Assembly: GCA_039199335.1 (NCBI GenBank)
Contig: JBCCSY010000012.1
Location: 28,973 to 92,972, forward strand
Direction of reading: 5' to 3'
From: Pseudomonadota bacterium
Lineage (GTDB): Bacteria; Pseudomonadota; Alphaproteobacteria; Rhodobacterales; Rhodobacteraceae
DNA length: 64,000 nt
This document shows, one piece after another, positions 29,657 through 39,857 of this stretch (positions are counted from its first letter, which is position 1; every line of letters begins with the position of its first letter). Below the pieces are notes generated by a model that ran no database searches, was not told the origin of the DNA, and was given only the letters and a program-made list of their open reading frames with translations. The translations under genes were made by a program, and so were the position numbers.

Positions 29657-30753
29657 CCTTTCTGCGCGGCCTTCTGCTTGGCGCGCTTTTGACGCCCGGC
29701 GCCTGGGCCCAGAGCGCGCCAGAGGCCGCCCGCGCGGCATCAGCAGAGCTTGAGCGCGCCGCCATCGCGCTGGACGCGGCCGGGACGGCCCTGGATCGCG
29801 TCTCTGCCCTGACCGATGTCGTGCGTGCTTACGAAGACGGCCTCGCGGCGCTGCGCCTCGGTCTGCGGAACGTCACGGTACAGGAACGGACCCTCGCTCG
29901 CGACCTCGAGGCCCGGCAGGACCGCCTTTCGCGCCTTCTAGCTGTCTTGCAGCGGATGGAGCGCCTACCGAGCACGCTTCTTCTGGCTCACCCATCCGGT
30001 GCACTCGACACCGCGCGTGCGTCGATGCTCCTCTCCGATGGCTTGCCCGCATTGGAGGCCGAGGCTGCGGAACTCCGCGCCGATCTGGCGACCCTCGCGG
30101 CCCTTCGCGCGGCCCAGACGGCGGCGGCGACCGACCTCACCGCGGGTTTGTCCGGGATCGCGTCGGCGCGTCTTGCCCTCTCCGAAGCCATCGCAGACCG
30201 AACCGCCCTGCCGCGTCCCCTGGCCGAAGACCCGGCGGCCGCCGAGGCGCTGGCGGCACGGGTCGCCACGCTGGATGCCTTTGCCGAGGGGTTGTCCGAA
30301 CTTCCGCGCGTGCGCCCCGCCCCGGTGAGCGGCCCATTCGATCTGCCGGTTCGGGGCGACCTGATCCGGGCCTTCGGCGCCGCCGATGCCTCGGGCACCG
30401 CGCGACCCGGCATCATCCTCGAAACCGAAACTCAGGCCCTGCTCACAGCCACGGTGACCGGCACGATCCGCTATGCCGGCCCGCTCCTCGATTACGGGAA
30501 CGTGATCATGCAAGAGCCTCGGCCGGGGCTTCTGCTGGTGTTCGCGGGCCTTCGCGACGTCTACGTATCATCCGGAGAGATCGCCACGCGTGGCGCCGCC
30601 TTGGGCATGATGGGCGGCAGTGCGCTGGAAACAGAGGAAATTCGGCCGCAAGGCCGCGCGACAACTGGCGCTTTGCGGTCCGAGGCGCTTTATGTGGAAG
30701 TAAGGGAGGCCGGAAGGCCCGTGGACCCGGCGACCTGGTTCGCCATGGAGTAG
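29653..30753 (+). CDS. EnvC-like murein hydrolase activator (coiled coil + degenerate LytM/M23 domain)
   Basis: A GTG at 29653 overlapping the gpmI stop gives the signal peptide VTFLRGLLLGALLTPGAWAQ. A long Ala/Leu/Arg-rich coiled coil follows, then a C-terminal LytM-like domain (PVRGDLIRAFG...GIILETE...). Conserved gpmI-envC-ctpA order. Confidence 0.75.
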   Translation: MTFLRGLLLGALLTPGAWAQSAPEAARAASAELERAAIALDAAGTALDRVSALTDVVRAYEDGLAALRLGLRNVTVQERTLARDLEARQDRLSRLLAVLQRMERLPSTLLLAHPSGALDTARASMLLSDGLPALEAEAAELRADLATLAALRAAQTAAATDLTAGLSGIASARLALSEAIADRTALPRPLAEDPAAAEALAARVATLDAFAEGLSELPRVRPAPVSGPFDLPVRGDLIRAFGAADASGTARPGIILETETQALLTATVTGTIRYAGPLLDYGNVIMQEPRPGLLLVFAGLRDVYVSSGEIATRGAALGMMGGSALETEEIRPQGRATTGALRSEALYVEVREAGRPVDPATWFAME

Positions 30754-30762
30754 GGGAACGAG

Positions 30763-32106
30763 ATGAAGAAATTCGCACTGGCCGCTGGCGTCGGCGTGCT
30801 GGCAGGGATCGGGGCGACAACGCAGATTGCGGGTCCGCTTCTGGCGCAAGAGCGCGCGGACGAGGCCACGGTCTACGAACAGCTTGACCTGTTCGGCATC
30901 GTTTTTGAACGTATCCGCAACCAATATGTCGAGGATGTGGATGAGGCCGACCTGATCGAAGCGGCGATCAACGGAATGCTCTCATCGCTGGATCCGCATT
31001 CCGGCTACCTGCCGCCACGCGATTTCGAGGACATGCAGGTGGACACGCGCGGTGAATTCGGCGGCCTTGGCATCGAGGTGACGCAGGAAGACGGTTATGT
31101 GAAGGTCATTACGCCCATGGACGGCACCCCGGCCTATGAGGCGGGCGTGGAAGCGGGTGACTTCATCACCGCCGTCGATGGAGAGAGCATACTTGGCCTG
31201 ACCCTTGAGGAATCGGTCGAGTTGATGCGCGGCCCCGTTGGTTCGGAGATCTTGGTGACCATCGTCCGGGAGGGTCTGGAAGAGCCCATCGACATCACGA
31301 TCACCCGCGACACGATCAAGCTGACCGCCGCCCGCGTCCGGCAGGAAGGCGACAGCGTCGTCATCCGCGTCTCAACGTTCAACGACCAGACCATGCCCAA
31401 CGTGCGCGATGGTTTGGAGGATACGCTGGAAGAGATCGGTGGCCTCGAGGGGATCAACGGCGTCGTTCTGGACCTTCGGAACAATCCGGGGGGTCTGCTG
31501 TCGGCGGGTGTCGATTTGGCCGATGCCTTCCTGGAGCAGGGGGAAATCGTCTCCACGCGCTCGCGCGATCCCGGTGAAGGCGACCGGTTCAATGCCCGCA
31601 GCGGCGACATCATCGAAGGCCTGCCCATGGTGGTGCTGATCAATAGCGGCTCCGCTTCCGCCTCCGAGATCGTGGCCGGTGCGCTGCAAGATCATCGCCG
31701 TGCGGTGGTCGTCGGCACCAAGAGCTTCGGCAAGGGCTCGGTGCAGACCATTATGCCGGTTCAGGGCGACGGCGCCGTTCGCCTGACGACCTCGCGGTAC
31801 TACACCCCGTCCGGACGCTCGATCCAGGCATTGGGCATTTCGCCCGACATCGTGGTGCAGCAGCCGCCGCGCCGTCCGGAGACCGAGGCCGCAGAGGACG
31901 AGCCTCGGCGCCAGAACAACCGGTCCGAAAGTTCTCTGCGCGGCTCGCTTGATAATGACAGTCTGACCGACGACCAGCAGGAGCAGATCCGGCAGGAGCA
32001 GGAAGCGGCCGAACAGGCGGCGGAACTTCGGGACGACGACTATCAGCTGGCCTATGCCATCGACATCCTGAAGGGGCTGTCGGCCATCGAGCTGGCGGCG
32101 GAATGA
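30763..32106 (+). CDS. ctpA: carboxy-terminal processing protease (S41 family)
   Basis: Signal peptide, a PDZ region (GGLGIEVTQEDGYVKVITPMDGTPAYEAGVEAGDFI) and the S41 catalytic region (LINSGSASASEIVAGALQD...GTKSFGKGSVQ). Confidence 0.9.
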   Translation: MKKFALAAGVGVLAGIGATTQIAGPLLAQERADEATVYEQLDLFGIVFERIRNQYVEDVDEADLIEAAINGMLSSLDPHSGYLPPRDFEDMQVDTRGEFGGLGIEVTQEDGYVKVITPMDGTPAYEAGVEAGDFITAVDGESILGLTLEESVELMRGPVGSEILVTIVREGLEEPIDITITRDTIKLTAARVRQEGDSVVIRVSTFNDQTMPNVRDGLEDTLEEIGGLEGINGVVLDLRNNPGGLLSAGVDLADAFLEQGEIVSTRSRDPGEGDRFNARSGDIIEGLPMVVLINSGSASASEIVAGALQDHRRAVVVGTKSFGKGSVQTIMPVQGDGAVRLTTSRYYTPSGRSIQALGISPDIVVQQPPRRPETEAAEDEPRRQNNRSESSLRGSLDNDSLTDDQQEQIRQEQEAAEQAAELRDDDYQLAYAIDILKGLSAIELAAE

Positions 32107-32140
32107 CATCGGGGGCGGGCCGCGCGGCCCGCCTGACATC

Positions 32141-32632
32141 ATGACACCCGATCAGATCGCCAAGCTGCCGTATCGTCCCTGCGCGGGCATCTGCCTGACC
32201 AATCCGGCCGGGCGGGTCTGGGCCGGCCGCCGTGTGGACGCACCCGCCGACCAGCCGCCGGCCTGGCAAATGCCACAGGGCGGGATCGACAAGGGAGAGC
32301 GGCCCGAGGAGGCCGCTTTGCGCGAATTGCGGGAAGAGACCGGTCTGACACCCGATCTTGTCCGAAAGGTTGGTCAGCTGCGGGAACCGGTGACCTATGA
32401 TCTGCCGGACGAGCTGATCGGGAAGGTCTTCAAGGGGCGCTACCGGGGGCAAAGCCAGCACTGGTTCCACATGGTCTATGACGGCCCCGACGACGCCGTC
32501 GATTTGGACTATCACGAACGGGAGTTCTCGGAATGGCGCTGGATGGATGTCGAGACGTTGCTTTCGCGCATCGTCCCGTTCAAGCGCGAGACCTATCGCA
32601 TCGTCTTCAGCGGGTTCGGGTTGATGCCATGA
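32141..32632 (+). CDS. rppH: RNA pyrophosphohydrolase (NUDIX)
   Basis: YRPCAGICLTN...WQMPQGGIDKGERPEEAALRELREETG (Nudix box), matching the RppH-type N-terminus. Confidence 0.9.
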   Translation: MTPDQIAKLPYRPCAGICLTNPAGRVWAGRRVDAPADQPPAWQMPQGGIDKGERPEEAALRELREETGLTPDLVRKVGQLREPVTYDLPDELIGKVFKGRYRGQSQHWFHMVYDGPDDAVDLDYHEREFSEWRWMDVETLLSRIVPFKRETYRIVFSGFGLMP

Positions 32633-33126
32633 TGCGGTTGCCGATCTTTGCCTCTCTCGCCATCTCGCTCGCCGGTCCGGCTGCCGCACTCTCCTGCCTG
32701 CGGCCCACCGTGGAGACCAGCTTCGCGGCGGCCCATGAGGCGGCGGAAGAATACGTGATCGCCGTCGGATCGATCCGCGTCGATCCGGGGCAGAAGGCCC
32801 CGCCCGTGGTCGGTGGCGTACAGGGCGCGCGCGATCTTTCCCTGACCGGACGCGTTACCGGACGTCTGGCGACTCTGACCGGGTTCGACCGGTCGTTGGA
32901 CGCGCCAGTCACGGTCGAGATCGGTTGCGCCGGGCCCTGGTGCGGAAGCGCGCCGTCGGAGCCGTCGATCCTGTTCCTGCAGCGAACAGCCGAGGGCTAT
33001 GTACTGCCGGAAGGCCCATGCCCGGTCTTCAGCCTGCCGTTGACGCTTCAGGACGACATGGAAGGACGGGCGATGGCCTGCCTGACGGGGACGACGCGCT
33101 GCGACAGCCTCGTCCCCGCGGAGTGA
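32629..33126 (+). CDS. hypothetical secreted Cys-containing protein
   Basis: ATG at 32629 overlaps the rppH stop. Signal peptide MMRLPIFASLAISLAGPAAALS. No recognisable domain. Codon bias is consistent with coding. Confidence 0.55.
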   Translation: MMRLPIFASLAISLAGPAAALSCLRPTVETSFAAAHEAAEEYVIAVGSIRVDPGQKAPPVVGGVQGARDLSLTGRVTGRLATLTGFDRSLDAPVTVEIGCAGPWCGSAPSEPSILFLQRTAEGYVLPEGPCPVFSLPLTLQDDMEGRAMACLTGTTRCDSLVPAE

Positions 33127-34863
33127 TCATTCCCCGATCGCGACGCCTTCGCGTCTCGGATCGGCGCCCCCGCTCAGCCCGTCCGGCGTGATCGCGATGA
33201 CGTGCAAGCCGGAATTGAGGTCGCGGATATTGGTTTCGAACCCCATGGCGCCCAGCGGTTCGGCCAGGGTTTCCGCCCCGGTTCCGGCTTCCAGGTCATA
33301 GGTGCCGAACCGGTTCACGAGATGGGGCATCGCCACGGCGGCCTGGACATCCATGCCCCAATCCATATGCGCGACGATGGTCTTGGCGACATAGCCGATG
33401 ATCCGGCTGCCGCCAGGTGAGCCCACGACCAGGATCGGCGCGTCGTCCTGCATCACGATGGTGGGCGCCATGGACGAGCGGGGGCGCTTGCCGGGCTCGA
33501 TCCGGTTGGCGATGGGCACGCCCTCGTCATGGGTGCGGAAGCTGAAATCGGTCAACTCGTTGTTCAGGAGAAATCCGCCCGGTGCCATCAGCCGTGCGCC
33601 GAAACCGTTCTCGATGGTCGTCGTCATCGACAGCGCGTTGCCATCCGCATCCACGATGGAAATGTGTGAGGTGGAGGGCAGTTCCAGGCTTTGATCGTCG
33701 GCCCAGAGCTGGGCGTGATCCCAGGGCGGCTCTCCGGGGGCGGCTTCGGGCAGGGCGTCATCGCCTTCCAGCAACCGCGCCCGGCTGGCCAGGTATTCCG
33801 CGTTCAGAAGGCCGCGGGTCGGCATGGGCACGAAATCGCTGTCGGCCATGTAGCGGCCGCGATCCGCGAAGGCGAGGCGGGAGGCGTCGCCGATGATCCG
33901 CCAGGCATCGGCGGAATCGGGGCCCAGCCCGGCCATGTCATAGGGCTCGATCATGGCGAGGATCTGCCCGACCGTCAGCCCACCGGAGGAGGGCGGGCCC
34001 ATGCCGCAAACCTCCGCCCCGCGATAGGGGGCGCAGACGGCATCACGCTCCACCACCTCGTAGGCGGCCAGGTCCGACATGGCCAGGCGACCCGGCTGGG
34101 CGGCGCCGCGCACCGTGGCGACGATGCCCTCGGCCACCTCACCGGAATAGAAGGCCGACGTCCCTTCGGCTGCCATGGCGCGTAGTGTGTCAGCATAAGC
34201 GGGATTGGTCAGGCTCATACCCTCGAAGATCGGCAGGCCGTCGGGCACAAAGTAGTCCGCGGTGGTGGAGGAGACGGACAACCGCTCCAGATCGTTTGCA
34301 ACGGCATTCGCCAGCCGTGGCGATACGGCAAAGCCGTCTTCGGCCAGCAGGATCGCCTCGTCGAAGAGGCTGCCCCAGTTCGCCTGCCCCCAGCGGCGAT
34401 GGGCCGCTTCCATCAGCGCAGGCGTGCCGGGCGTGCCGACCGACAGGCCCCCGACCACTGCGTCGAAGAAACCCATGGGTTCGCCATCCGCCTTCAGGAA
34501 CAGCTTGGGCGTCACGTCCATTGGCGCGGTCTCGCGCCCATCCAACGTGGTGATCTCTCCGCTTTCGGCATCGTACCAGACCAGGAAGGCGCCGCCGCCC
34601 AGTCCGGAGCTTTGCGGTTCCACCAAACCCAGCACCGCCTGCACCGCCACCATGGCATCGGCGGCATTGCCGCCCTCGCGCAGGACGCGGGCGCCCGCCT
34701 CCACCGCCAACGGGTTGGCGGCGGCGACCATCCAGTTTTCGGCCGTGACGGGGGCCGCCACTTCTGGGGTCAACCCGGTGCCGGTTTCGGGGGCGACCGC
34801 ATCGGCGGCCTGTTGCGCCGCGGCGGGGGAGGCGAGGATGGCAAGGACGAGTAGCGGGCGCAT
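33127..34863 (-). CDS. ggt: gamma-glutamyltransferase
   Basis: 578 aa with a signal peptide, GGNAADA, and the autoprocessing-site context PGKRPRSSMAPTIV with Thr nucleophile. GSPGGSRII follows. Confidence 0.92.
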   Translation of the reverse strand: MRPLLVLAILASPAAAQQAADAVAPETGTGLTPEVAAPVTAENWMVAAANPLAVEAGARVLREGGNAADAMVAVQAVLGLVEPQSSGLGGGAFLVWYDAESGEITTLDGRETAPMDVTPKLFLKADGEPMGFFDAVVGGLSVGTPGTPALMEAAHRRWGQANWGSLFDEAILLAEDGFAVSPRLANAVANDLERLSVSSTTADYFVPDGLPIFEGMSLTNPAYADTLRAMAAEGTSAFYSGEVAEGIVATVRGAAQPGRLAMSDLAAYEVVERDAVCAPYRGAEVCGMGPPSSGGLTVGQILAMIEPYDMAGLGPDSADAWRIIGDASRLAFADRGRYMADSDFVPMPTRGLLNAEYLASRARLLEGDDALPEAAPGEPPWDHAQLWADDQSLELPSTSHISIVDADGNALSMTTTIENGFGARLMAPGGFLLNNELTDFSFRTHDEGVPIANRIEPGKRPRSSMAPTIVMQDDAPILVVGSPGGSRIIGYVAKTIVAHMDWGMDVQAAVAMPHLVNRFGTYDLEAGTGAETLAEPLGAMGFETNIRDLNSGLHVIAITPDGLSGGADPRREGVAIGE

Positions 34864-34919
34864 GGGAGACCTCCTGTGATTGTTCTTCGGAGGATGACGC
34901 GCCTTGCCCTGGCGTCAAG

Positions 34920-36176
34920 TCAGGCCCGAAGCGCCGCCTCCGCCCGCTGGCCCAGCGGTGTCTCGTTCACCGGCAGGTGCACGATGGCCGACAGAAGGCC
35001 GACGCCCACGCCCACCCACCAGACCGCCTCATAAGACCCGGTGGAATCGTAGAGCGTGCCGCCCAACCAGACGCCCAGGAAGCTGCCCAGCTGATGGGAG
35101 AAGAAGATGATCCCGTAGAGCGTGCCCATGTAGCGCAGCCCGTAGATATGAGCGACAAGGCCGCTGGTCAGCGGGACCGTGGCGAGCCAAAGCGCGCCCA
35201 TGGCCACCGAGAACAGGATCACCGAAAGCGGCGTGATCGGCATCATGATGAACAATGCGGCGGCGATGGTCCGACCCACATAGATGCCCGCCAGCAGGTA
35301 TTTCCGGCTGAAGCGCTTGCCCAGCCACCCGGCATAGAGCGTCCCCGCGATATTCGCGAGCCCGATCAGGGAGATCGCTACGGCGCCCAGGGCCGAGGTT
35401 GTCGTGATGCCCATGGAGTAGAGCGTGCTGCCCGGCGCGATGGGGCCGCACATCTCGGTCACCAGGGCGGGAAAGTGGGCCGTGACGAAGGCCAGTTGAT
35501 ACCCGCAAGAGAAAAAGCCCACGAAGATCAGCGAATAGGATGGATCGCGGAAGGCTTTCAGAAGGATCGCACCCATGCTCTCCTCCAATTCCGCACGGGT
35601 GGCGGGTTCAGGTGAGCGCATCATCGGCAGCGCGGCCAGCGACAGGACGACGATCCCGGCGAAGATCAAGAAGACCTCCTGCCAAGAATAGATCCCCAAC
35701 AACCACTCGGCCAGGGGTGCGCCGAAGACCTGTCCCAGCGACCCGGCCGCCGTGGCGATGCCCAGCGCCATGGAGCGGTTCTCGTCGCTGGCGGCCCGGC
35801 CCACCACGGCGAGGATTACGCCGAAGCCCATCCCTGCAATGCCGAAGCCCACGAGGATCTCCAGCAATTGATGTGCGCCGGGCGTCACGGCGAAGGACGA
35901 CAGGACGAGCCCGGCCGCATAGCAGATCACGCCCAGCACGATGGCCTTCCGGTCTCCGAACCGTTCCGCGATGGCCCCGAAGATCGGCTGGCCGATCCCC
36001 CAGGCCAGATTTTGGATTGCGATAGCCAGGCTGAACTCCGCTCGCGGCCAGCCGAATTCGCTTGCGATTGGGATCTGGAAGACCCCGAAGCTGGCCCGGA
36101 TGGCGAAGCCCACCATCAGGATGATGCAGCCCGAGATCAGGACCGGCGTGATGAGCGGCGCGGGGCGGGACGTCAT
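34920..36176 (-). CDS. MFS transporter
   Basis: 418 aa with about 12 hydrophobic segments and an MFS-like loop (GAIAERFGDRK) between TM2 and TM3. Confidence 0.85.
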   Translation of the reverse strand: MTSRPAPLITPVLISGCIILMVGFAIRASFGVFQIPIASEFGWPRAEFSLAIAIQNLAWGIGQPIFGAIAERFGDRKAIVLGVICYAAGLVLSSFAVTPGAHQLLEILVGFGIAGMGFGVILAVVGRAASDENRSMALGIATAAGSLGQVFGAPLAEWLLGIYSWQEVFLIFAGIVVLSLAALPMMRSPEPATRAELEESMGAILLKAFRDPSYSLIFVGFFSCGYQLAFVTAHFPALVTEMCGPIAPGSTLYSMGITTTSALGAVAISLIGLANIAGTLYAGWLGKRFSRKYLLAGIYVGRTIAAALFIMMPITPLSVILFSVAMGALWLATVPLTSGLVAHIYGLRYMGTLYGIIFFSHQLGSFLGVWLGGTLYDSTGSYEAVWWVGVGVGLLSAIVHLPVNETPLGQRAEAALRA

Positions 36177-36321
36177 GACTTTCCTCCGGCCCCGATTGTC
36201 TGCGCACGGGCGCCTGCCGCGTCAATCGAGATGTCCTTATGCCCGCATCAAGATCCCTTATCCGATGGTCGATGGGGCGAGATGCGTTAACCTTCTGCGC
36301 AGACACCGAATGGAGGTTCCG

Positions 36322-37263
36322 ATGGCCGACACGTCCTGGCCCGTCCTGTCCTGGACAGATTGGCGGGAAACCGGCGACGCCCTGCATCTGATGTTGCAGA
36401 TGGCGGGCAAATACCGCTTGGCCCATACGCCTTGGGCGATCCATTCTTGGCACGCGACGTTCTACGTGACGCCGACGGGTCTGACGACCGGACCTGTGCA
36501 CGAGGCGGGCGGATGCTTTGAGGTCGTCTTCGATCTGCAGGTAGGCCGCGTGGAGGTGCGGGGCGATCGGCGGCCGGTCACCGGCTTCGCGCTGGGTCCG
36601 ATGTCCATCGCGGAGGCCCATGAGAAACTGCGCGCGGCGGTCGAGGCGGCTGGCGGGACCTTCGCGATCCATCCCCGCCCTTCGGAGCTTGCCGTCGTCA
36701 CCCCTTTCGCGGAGGATAACCCGCCCCGACCCTGGAACGCCGAGGCCGTGCTGGCTTGGCACGGCGCCCTTCTGCGGATCGTCCCCGTCTTCGAACGCTT
36801 TCGCACTGGATTCCTTGGAAAATCGAGCCCGGTGCATCTGTTCTGGGGCGCGCTCGATCTGGCCGTGACGCGGTTTTCCGGCCGCCCTGCACCGCCGCAT
36901 CCCGGCGGCATCCCGAACCTGCCCGACGCCGTGACGCAAGAGGCCTATAGCCACGAGGTCAGCTCTGCCGGGTTTTGGCCCGGCGGGAACGGTGCGGAGG
37001 AGGCGATGTTCTACAGCTACGCCTATCCGACGCCGGACGGGTTTTCGGCTGCCAAGATGCGGGTCGAGGCCGCATATTGGAACGCGGATCTGGGAGAATT
37101 CGTGCTGCCCTATGCCGCGGTGCAGGCCGCACCGGATCCGGCTAAGATGCTGATAACATTCTTGGAAGATACCTATGGCGCGGCGGCCGACCTGGGAGGA
37201 TGGGACCGGGGGGCGCTGGATTGTGCGCTGGGTGAATTGGGGCGCCCCCGATCCCTCGGCTAG
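36322..37263 (+). CDS. conserved hypothetical protein (DUF5996-like by memory)
   Basis: MADTSWPVLSWTDWRETGDALHLMLQMAGKYRLAHTPWAIHSWHATFYVTPTGLTTG... Soluble, 313 aa. The family assignment is from recollection only. Confidence 0.6.
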   Translation: MADTSWPVLSWTDWRETGDALHLMLQMAGKYRLAHTPWAIHSWHATFYVTPTGLTTGPVHEAGGCFEVVFDLQVGRVEVRGDRRPVTGFALGPMSIAEAHEKLRAAVEAAGGTFAIHPRPSELAVVTPFAEDNPPRPWNAEAVLAWHGALLRIVPVFERFRTGFLGKSSPVHLFWGALDLAVTRFSGRPAPPHPGGIPNLPDAVTQEAYSHEVSSAGFWPGGNGAEEAMFYSYAYPTPDGFSAAKMRVEAAYWNADLGEFVLPYAAVQAAPDPAKMLITFLEDTYGAAADLGGWDRGALDCALGELGRPRSLG

Positions 37264-37296
37264 CGCAACGGTCGATGGCTCGGTAAGCACGACCGA

Positions 37297-38343
37297 ATGA
37301 CCTTGGACGAGATCTATGCCGCCCGCGTGGCCGATGGTGTGCTGGAGCCGGACCCGGCCCAGGAGGCCGCCCTGACGCCGTTAGAGGAGATCCGGAAAAA
37401 GCTCGCAAGCCCCGAAAAACGTGGAATTTTTGGCAGGCGCAAGGCGCCAGACGGACCGATGGGCGTCTATCTCTGGGGCGGGGTTGGGCGCGGGAAATCC
37501 ATGTTGATGGACCTCTTCCACGAGGCCGCGCCGGTGCCGTCGCGCCGGGTCCATTTCCATGCCTTCATGCAGGAGATGCATGACGGGCTGCACGAGGCGC
37601 GGATGCAGGGCGTGCGCGACGCGATCCGGCCCGTGGCCGACCGCGTGATCGGGGCGACGAAGGTTCTCTGTTTCGACGAGATGCAGATCACGGACATCAC
37701 AGATGCGATGCTGGTGGGCCGCCTGTTCGAGGCGCTTTTCGCGGGAAATGTACATATTGTCACAACTTCAAACCGTGTTCCCGACGATTTGTACAAAGAT
37801 GGACTCAACCGTGCGTTGTTCCTGCCGTTCATCGATCTGCTCAAGGATCGGATGATCGTCCATGAGCTGGCCAGCCCCCGCGATTGGCGGCAGGACCGGT
37901 TGGCCGGGGAGCCGGTCTATTTCACTGACGGCGACATGGCGCTGGACGCCGTCTGGCAGCGGCTGAGCGACGGGCGCGCTGACGGGCTGACGCTGCGGGT
38001 GAAGGGCCGCGATCTGCGGCTGGAGGATTACGCGGCGGGCGTGGCGCGGGCGACGTTCCGCGATCTTTGCGGCAAGCCGCTGGGCGCGGCGGATTACCTG
38101 GCATTAGCCCGCGCCGTGCGCGTGCTGATCCTGACCGACGTGCCGATCCTGAGCCGCGCCCATGCCAACGAGGCGCGGCGCTTCGTGACGCTGATCGACG
38201 CGCTTTACGAGGCCCGCACCCGCCTGATCATCAGCGCGGAGGCCGATCCCAAAGGTCTTTATCCGGAGGGGGCAGGCACGTTCGAATTCGCCCGCACGGC
38301 CTCCCGCCTGCGAGAGATGCAGGCGGCGGATTGGGGTTTGTGA
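37297..38343 (+). CDS. zapE: AFG1-like ATPase / cell division protein ZapE
   Basis: Walker A GGVGRGKSMLMD, Walker B LCFDEMQITDITDAM, and TSNRVPDDLYKDGLNR. Confidence 0.88.
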   Translation: MTLDEIYAARVADGVLEPDPAQEAALTPLEEIRKKLASPEKRGIFGRRKAPDGPMGVYLWGGVGRGKSMLMDLFHEAAPVPSRRVHFHAFMQEMHDGLHEARMQGVRDAIRPVADRVIGATKVLCFDEMQITDITDAMLVGRLFEALFAGNVHIVTTSNRVPDDLYKDGLNRALFLPFIDLLKDRMIVHELASPRDWRQDRLAGEPVYFTDGDMALDAVWQRLSDGRADGLTLRVKGRDLRLEDYAAGVARATFRDLCGKPLGAADYLALARAVRVLILTDVPILSRAHANEARRFVTLIDALYEARTRLIISAEADPKGLYPEGAGTFEFARTASRLREMQAADWGL

Positions 38344-38373
38344 CGCCAGCGATGGCACGCAGAGAGGCCTTCT

Positions 38374-39126
38374 TCACGTGACCACGAGGGCAGTCGCGAG
38401 TGATGCGGTGCTGGCAGCAGCGGCGGCAATGGACGTGGCTGGCCGTTTTTTGATCCATGCTCCTACGACGATGCCAGCGAGACCCCAGAAGGCCGAAGAG
38501 GCGTAGACCCATGACGTGGTCCAAACTGACAGAGTGGTCACGACAAGACAGGCGGCAGCGATGAGCGGGACCGCGAACCTTGTCTGACGAGGGTCGAGGG
38601 GCGCGCGACAGAGAACTAGGGTCGAGGACAGGCTTGCGAAGACGGCAACGGATAGCCATCCGGCGAAGAAATAAAGGGGCGCTGCACCGAGCCAATAGGC
38701 TATGCCGTAAAGCTGCGTGACGAAAGACTGAAGCTTGGCGAGCAGCGCGACCGCAAGGGCGAGCTCGAGGATGATCAGGAATACGCTTGGCCATTTGAAA
38801 CCATAGCGCGGCACATAGGCTTCCCACGCGATGTTTCCCGCAAACAGTGCGGCGGCGAGCCAGCCGACACTTCGCAGATATGGATCGTCGAGATTCTCCG
38901 GCAAGGCGTGCCAGATCGCGAAGACGATGCAGGAGCCAAAGATGATGAGCCAGATGGCGAAGAAGGGTCCGAAGGGCACGACAAGCGTGTCGAGCGCCGC
39001 GGATCTGCCTGAGATCGTGTGGTCCCACTTTCGTATTTCGGGCCAGTAGGCGACGAATGCCTGCCCGACGGCAAGAACGAGAAGAAGGATGGCGCGCACC
39101 CCGTCGGCTGAGACATAGTCTTGCAT
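38374..39126 (-). CDS. hypothetical polytopic membrane protein
   Basis: 250 aa with about 7 hydrophobic segments, Trp/aromatic-rich. Divergent from a TetR gene. No family recognised. Confidence 0.6.
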   Translation of the reverse strand: MQDYVSADGVRAILLLVLAVGQAFVAYWPEIRKWDHTISGRSAALDTLVVPFGPFFAIWLIIFGSCIVFAIWHALPENLDDPYLRSVGWLAAALFAGNIAWEAYVPRYGFKWPSVFLIILELALAVALLAKLQSFVTQLYGIAYWLGAAPLYFFAGWLSVAVFASLSSTLVLCRAPLDPRQTRFAVPLIAAACLVVTTLSVWTTSWVYASSAFWGLAGIVVGAWIKKRPATSIAAAAASTASLATALVVT

Positions 39127-39147
39127 GGTCCTGATCGCTCTATAAAT

Positions 39148-39191
39148 TTGATCGAGTGATCCACAAATAATTTAATTGATCAAACGATCAA
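39148..39191. promoter_or_regulatory. two operator-like palindromes in the TetR/membrane-protein divergent spacer
   Basis: TTGATC-GAGT-GATCCA (39148-39163, one mismatch) and a perfect TTGATC-AAAC-GATCAA (39176-39191), 28 bp apart, in a 72-bp AT-rich spacer immediately upstream of the TetR start. Confidence 0.4.
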
Positions 39192-39198
39192 GGAAAAA

Positions 39199-39825
39199 AT
39201 GCCACGGAAGAAGGGTGCAGCCAACAGGAACAGCGCGGATCGCAAGCGCGAGATCCTCGACCGCATTTGGGCGGTGATGCGGAGCGGCGCTGGAAAGCCC
39301 CTGTCGTGGCGCGAAATGGCGGCGGCTGCGGGTGTGGGCCCCGCGACGCTTTCGCATCATTTCGGGAAGCGGGACGACGTTGTCTCGGCGGTGTTCGAGG
39401 CCAAGCGCGAGGACGGCGCGGATCCGTTGCGCATTCTCGCCGAGCCATCGTCGCGCGATCTGGAAGAATCGCTCAACGCAGCGCTTCGGCACATGATCAT
39501 CGGGCTAACGGAATACGATGTCGGCGACCTGGTCGCCTTGGGCCTGGCCGAAGGAATGTATCACGAAGCGATCGGGCCGCTTTTCGTGCGCGATGGCCTG
39601 GAGCCGATCCTTGCGGGGGTGGAGGCGCGGTTGCGGGCGCATGAGGAGAGGGGCGATTTCCCAGCCGGGAAGAACCTGCGTTACGCGGCGATCATCCTCG
39701 CCAGTCCGGTGTTGCTGACCTACGCCCACCAACAGCCCCTGGGTGGTCGCGCGAGCTATCCGACGGCCTTGGAAGACCTGGCCGCGCAATCCGCCAAGAC
39801 CGCCGCCCAATACCTTGGTGTGTGA
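39199..39825 (+). CDS. TetR/AcrR family transcriptional regulator
   Basis: N-terminal HTH region RKREILDRIWAVMRSGAGKPLSWREMAAAAGVGPATLSHHFGKRDDV. Confidence 0.8.
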   Translation: MPRKKGAANRNSADRKREILDRIWAVMRSGAGKPLSWREMAAAAGVGPATLSHHFGKRDDVVSAVFEAKREDGADPLRILAEPSSRDLEESLNAALRHMIIGLTEYDVGDLVALGLAEGMYHEAIGPLFVRDGLEPILAGVEARLRAHEERGDFPAGKNLRYAAIILASPVLLTYAHQQPLGGRASYPTALEDLAAQSAKTAAQYLGV

Positions 39826-39857
39826 AGACGGGGTGGAACCAGCCTTCGAGACCGGCC

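Noticed and set aside
27755-29740. 661-aa ORF on the reverse strand
   Set aside because: It lies antisense to gpmI, whose forward frame has unmistakable iPGM motifs. The reverse translation is Arg/Gly/His-rich with no recognisable motif. This is a typical high-GC shadow ORF.
35608-37290. 560-aa reverse-strand ORF spanning the MFS 5' end and the DUF5996-like gene
   Set aside because: It overlaps two well-supported genes on both strands and has Arg/Pro/Gly-rich composition with no motifs. Shadow ORF.
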